Source: Selaginella moellendorffii (taxonomy: Eukaryota; Plantae; Lycopodiophyta). From it: a DNA stretch of 64,000 bases. Below are positions 60,958 through 64,000 of this stretch, one piece after another. Both the position numbers and the translations under genes were made by a program. Within the stretch, counting starts at the first letter, position 1, and each line of letters starts with the position of its first letter. The DNA lies in NCBI RefSeq assembly GCF_000143415.4, contig NW_003314285.1:585370-649369 (forward strand), written 5' to 3'. Under the pieces are notes generated by a model. It searched no databases. It worked only from the letters and a program-made list of their open reading frames with translations, and was not told the DNA's origin.

Positions 60958-63598
60958 TTGAAGCCGAATGGAGGCGTGACAACCGGACTCGCTGGCGAAT
61001 GTGCACTGTGTGTGCAGCGGATTGTAGCAGCAAGGCTACTCTGCCACTTACAGTTGGAGAGTGGCGCTGAAATCTCCCGGGACGCCAAGTGGGCTGCGTG
61101 TGGGTGGCGGAGTGGGCGGCGGAGTTGGCGGCGAAGTTACAAACTGGGTGTGTCTTGAAGTGGACGCCGATGCACACGAGCGCGATGCGAGCGCGAGTGG
61201 ACGCCGATGCACACGAGAAACCTGTAGAGAAGTGGGAGCGCGAGTGGGAGCGCGATGCGAGCGCGAGTGGGAGCGCGATGCGAGCGCGAGTGTGCGAGCG
61301 CGAGTACGAAGCAAAATGCAAAACCTAACCTCACACGCGCGAAATGTCACGACGGTTGGTAATCCCGCCACGTCATCATTTCTCGGACTTGGGCGCCACC
61401 ATTAATTTCTGGATCGGCGCGCGCATGCGTGAAATCCAAAAGAAATCCGCAACGTCATCATTCCTCGGACTGCATGCACGCGAAATCCAAAAGAAAGATC
61501 ATGATTGGGATATCATTTAATACCCTCGCTATATTTATACCATGCATGATTGGATATTCCAAAGCATCTTGTATTTCCAAAAATGCCAGATGTTCAGCTA
61601 AATAAATTGTCAGAGGATTTGATGTGACGTTCAAGCATGTGGGCTCATGCAATTTTGATCCCAAAAAATGCATCAAAAAATGCTCGGCGTCATCTGGCGT
61701 TATCTCTTGAATGGCGTGGGGCCGCATGCCATTTTCAGGAAGCACATAGGAGTAATTATTCCTTTACAGGGCGAATATTCTTGGACCACGCGCGAGTATA
61801 TTTTGAGTTTCATTCTGATCCACGCGCTAGATTGTTTCTAGATTTTACAGGATGGTATACAACTGTTAGATCTTGATGACCCTGTACAGAATGGTATCTC
61901 GATCGGTCACTTCTTGATGACCCTGCAAAGAAGCATCTCGATCGGACACCGACATGAGACCACACGAGCCTTACAATGTTTCAGGGGCATTTGCCATAGA
62001 TCCGACCGTTATTTTGCTCCAAGATTCTACAGTTTGGTGTGACATTGACCTTTCCGATGCGACACTGCAAAGGGACATCAACTTCACGAATGCGGGATCA
62101 CAAGAAACCAACTTCACTAACTCTGGTTTCACCAAGATCTACGTAAGGAGTTATGAAATGAAAGGATCTTCTCTATTGAAATGTTGTTTATGGTCCTAAG
62201 GGCATTGTGACATATCCAAGGATTTTCATCAAGTTCTGTATTTGCATGTTTATCAAGCTACTGAATTGCTAAACCCTAGACCCTAAACCCTAACCCTAAA
62301 CATGTGGCAAATGCTGCGTGAAGAAAGATGCCCTTTCTGGGCAAATGCTGTAAGAGGCAGATGCCGAGCAGATGTATCTCAGGCTAGCGAAGGGGACAAA
62401 CGAAAGCTAGCTATAAACATGACGGGATGCAAATAGATTACTAGGCTGGTCCTGCGAAAATCAAAAACCATAATTGAAAACATTGAAAATGCAAAAAGAA
62501 AGGTTTATAATATTTTTGAATTTTAAGCAACCAAAGGAATGTAAGTAGGGCATGTGTTTGTAAGTTTAAAAATGCCTCAGCCATATAAATTCCCAAGTAA
62601 ATAAAGCTGTTTCTATTTTTGGTACAGGTAAACTTTATAGCGTGTGGGCTCATGCAATTTTGAACCCAAAAATGCACCAAAAGATGCTCGACTAGCATTA
62701 TTCTTTGAATGGCATGTGGCATTATATTGCCATAAATGGACGTACACACACAGCATAATTATTCCTTTACACGGCGAATAATCTTGGCGCGGATCGCTGA
62801 CATGGCATGGCAAAGTTCGAATCACTGACATGGCACAGCTGGATCGAGGCAAGGACATGATGTGACAAAGTTCAACCTCCGACAGCAAAGTCTAGAAGCT
62901 ACTCAGTTTGAAATTTGTCAGAGGAATCATAAGATCTGGTTTGTCAGAGGATTTGATGTGACGTTCAAACGTGTGTTATTTTTGAATTCTCGAACTCATT
63001 CCTAGGTCTATCATTTTTGTGCGCCGTGTTCTTGGTTCCGCTGAGCGCAGTGAGCGCTGCTTGTGTAAGCGGCGTTGTGAGCTGTGGTTTATGCGTCTAC
63101 AAGCGGTTGCGGCATTGCGAGCGCCATTGCGAGCGGCAGTTTATGCGAGTGGCAGTTTGTGCGAGCGGCGCTACGAGCAGTTGCGGTGTTGCGAGCGGCG
63201 CTACGAGTAGTTGCGGTGTTGCGAGCGGCACTGTCTTTGGTGTGGCTACCGCTTCCTCTTGATATTCGGCACTTGTGCTTCCTGGTATGTTCACCATGGA
63301 ATGGTTTAGGACCACATTTAGAAATGGCATGAGGCCACATGCCATCTTGGGCCCTTGCAATTTCATGGCTAGCGTAGTGTCATGTATGATGGCATGAGGC
63401 CTCATGCCATTAGTGGTACCACTAATGGCATGAGGGCTCATGCCAATTTTGTGAATGCGAAATTTCATGTGGGTGTCAATAGCATGTTTGAATAATGGCA
63501 TGTGGCCTCATGCTATTGAGGTTGTTTGGTATGTTATGATTTAGGCCATTCTCCAATCATTTTTTGTATGGTCTTAACTTCTTTTCTGCACTTTCAGA

Positions 63599-64000
63599 AT
63601 GGCCTTCAGGGTTGGGGAAAAGGTTTACATTTTGAATGGTGGGAAGAGAGTTGCAAAAGGGACCCTTGTGTCTATGGATCGGAACTTTGTTATACACTGT
63701 CAAAGGCTTGGGGAAGGCAATGCTGCTGTATCAGTAGAGACTGTCTTCGATGGGAATGTGGTCGCTATTGAACGAGGAGAGATGGTCGTCGGGGTAAATG
63801 TTGTTGTTGCCTTGAAAAATCTTCAGAAGAAAGCAGATGTTGGGGACAGCGCAAGTGCGACGCATGTTCCCTCCGTGGATCTTAAGAACCGTGCTAGATG
63901 GATTCAGGCAAAGGTGTTTCTAAACAACCCCGAGGGGGAGGTGGTAGCTGAGGGCTTAGCCACAGTTGTCGATCCAAGAGATGCGGTTGCTAATCAAGAA
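63599..64000 (+). CDS. 5' end of the copy C transposase (partial)
   Basis: ATG GCC TTC AGG GTT GGG (MAFRVG...) matching 43293; open to the window end. Confidence 0.9.
   Translation, partial: MAFRVGEKVYILNGGKRVAKGTLVSMDRNFVIHCQRLGEGNAAVSVETVFDGNVVAIERGEMVVGVNVVVALKNLQKKADVGDSASATHVPSVDLKNRARWIQAKVFLNNPEGEVVAEGLATVVDPRDAVANQE

Larger units (their letters stand above)
54893..64000 (+). mobile_element. TIR DNA transposon copy C, same orientation as B, runs off the window
   Basis: TIR at 54893-54916 preceded by ATAT; colinear with B at offset +20231 through the cargo gene. Confidence 0.95.

Noticed and set aside
61735-62230. Apparently novel sequence in copy C's intergenic region
   Set aside because: It is a jumble of local duplications and 1-2 bp indels relative to B in an otherwise near-identical copy; most likely consensus noise. 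Needs raw reads.
27705-64000. Large inverted and direct duplications as an assembly artefact
   Set aside because: A and B each have complete TIR pairs with distinct TSDs, and all three copies carry private mutations.

Overview
Eukaryotic, land-plant-type transposon nest with no host gene. The window is a stack of insertions, each bounded by its own target-site duplication (TSD). An old LTR element (3052-54183, TSD GTTTG) hosts a Ty3/Gypsy chromovirus (5845-13374, TSD GCTTA) and copies of a related LTR family. Three copies of a ~12.4 kb cut-and-paste DNA transposon sit on top: A (27705-52448), B (34662-47050, inverted, inserted inside A) and C (54893 to beyond the window end). They have 24-bp TIRs, 4-bp TSDs and a Sola-like DDD transposase. 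The main result is this transposon's second gene. The scattered ORFs splice, through ten GT-AG introns (nine only 45-57 bp), into one ~1,643-aa protein with a ParB/Srx-like domain, a degenerate amino-DNA-methyltransferase-like domain, an acidic/repeat linker and an FCP1/SCP-type HAD phosphatase. The element also carries about 20 copies of a 22-bp palindrome (ATGGCRTGWGGCCWCAYGCCAT) in introns, exons, the promoter region and near both ends. Together these suggest a transposon-encoded protein plus self-recognition-site system (parS-like or anti-silencing-like); that function is inference. The chromovirus integrase also carries two intron-like GT-AG inserts. Domain calls are by-eye motif recognition, not database searches.
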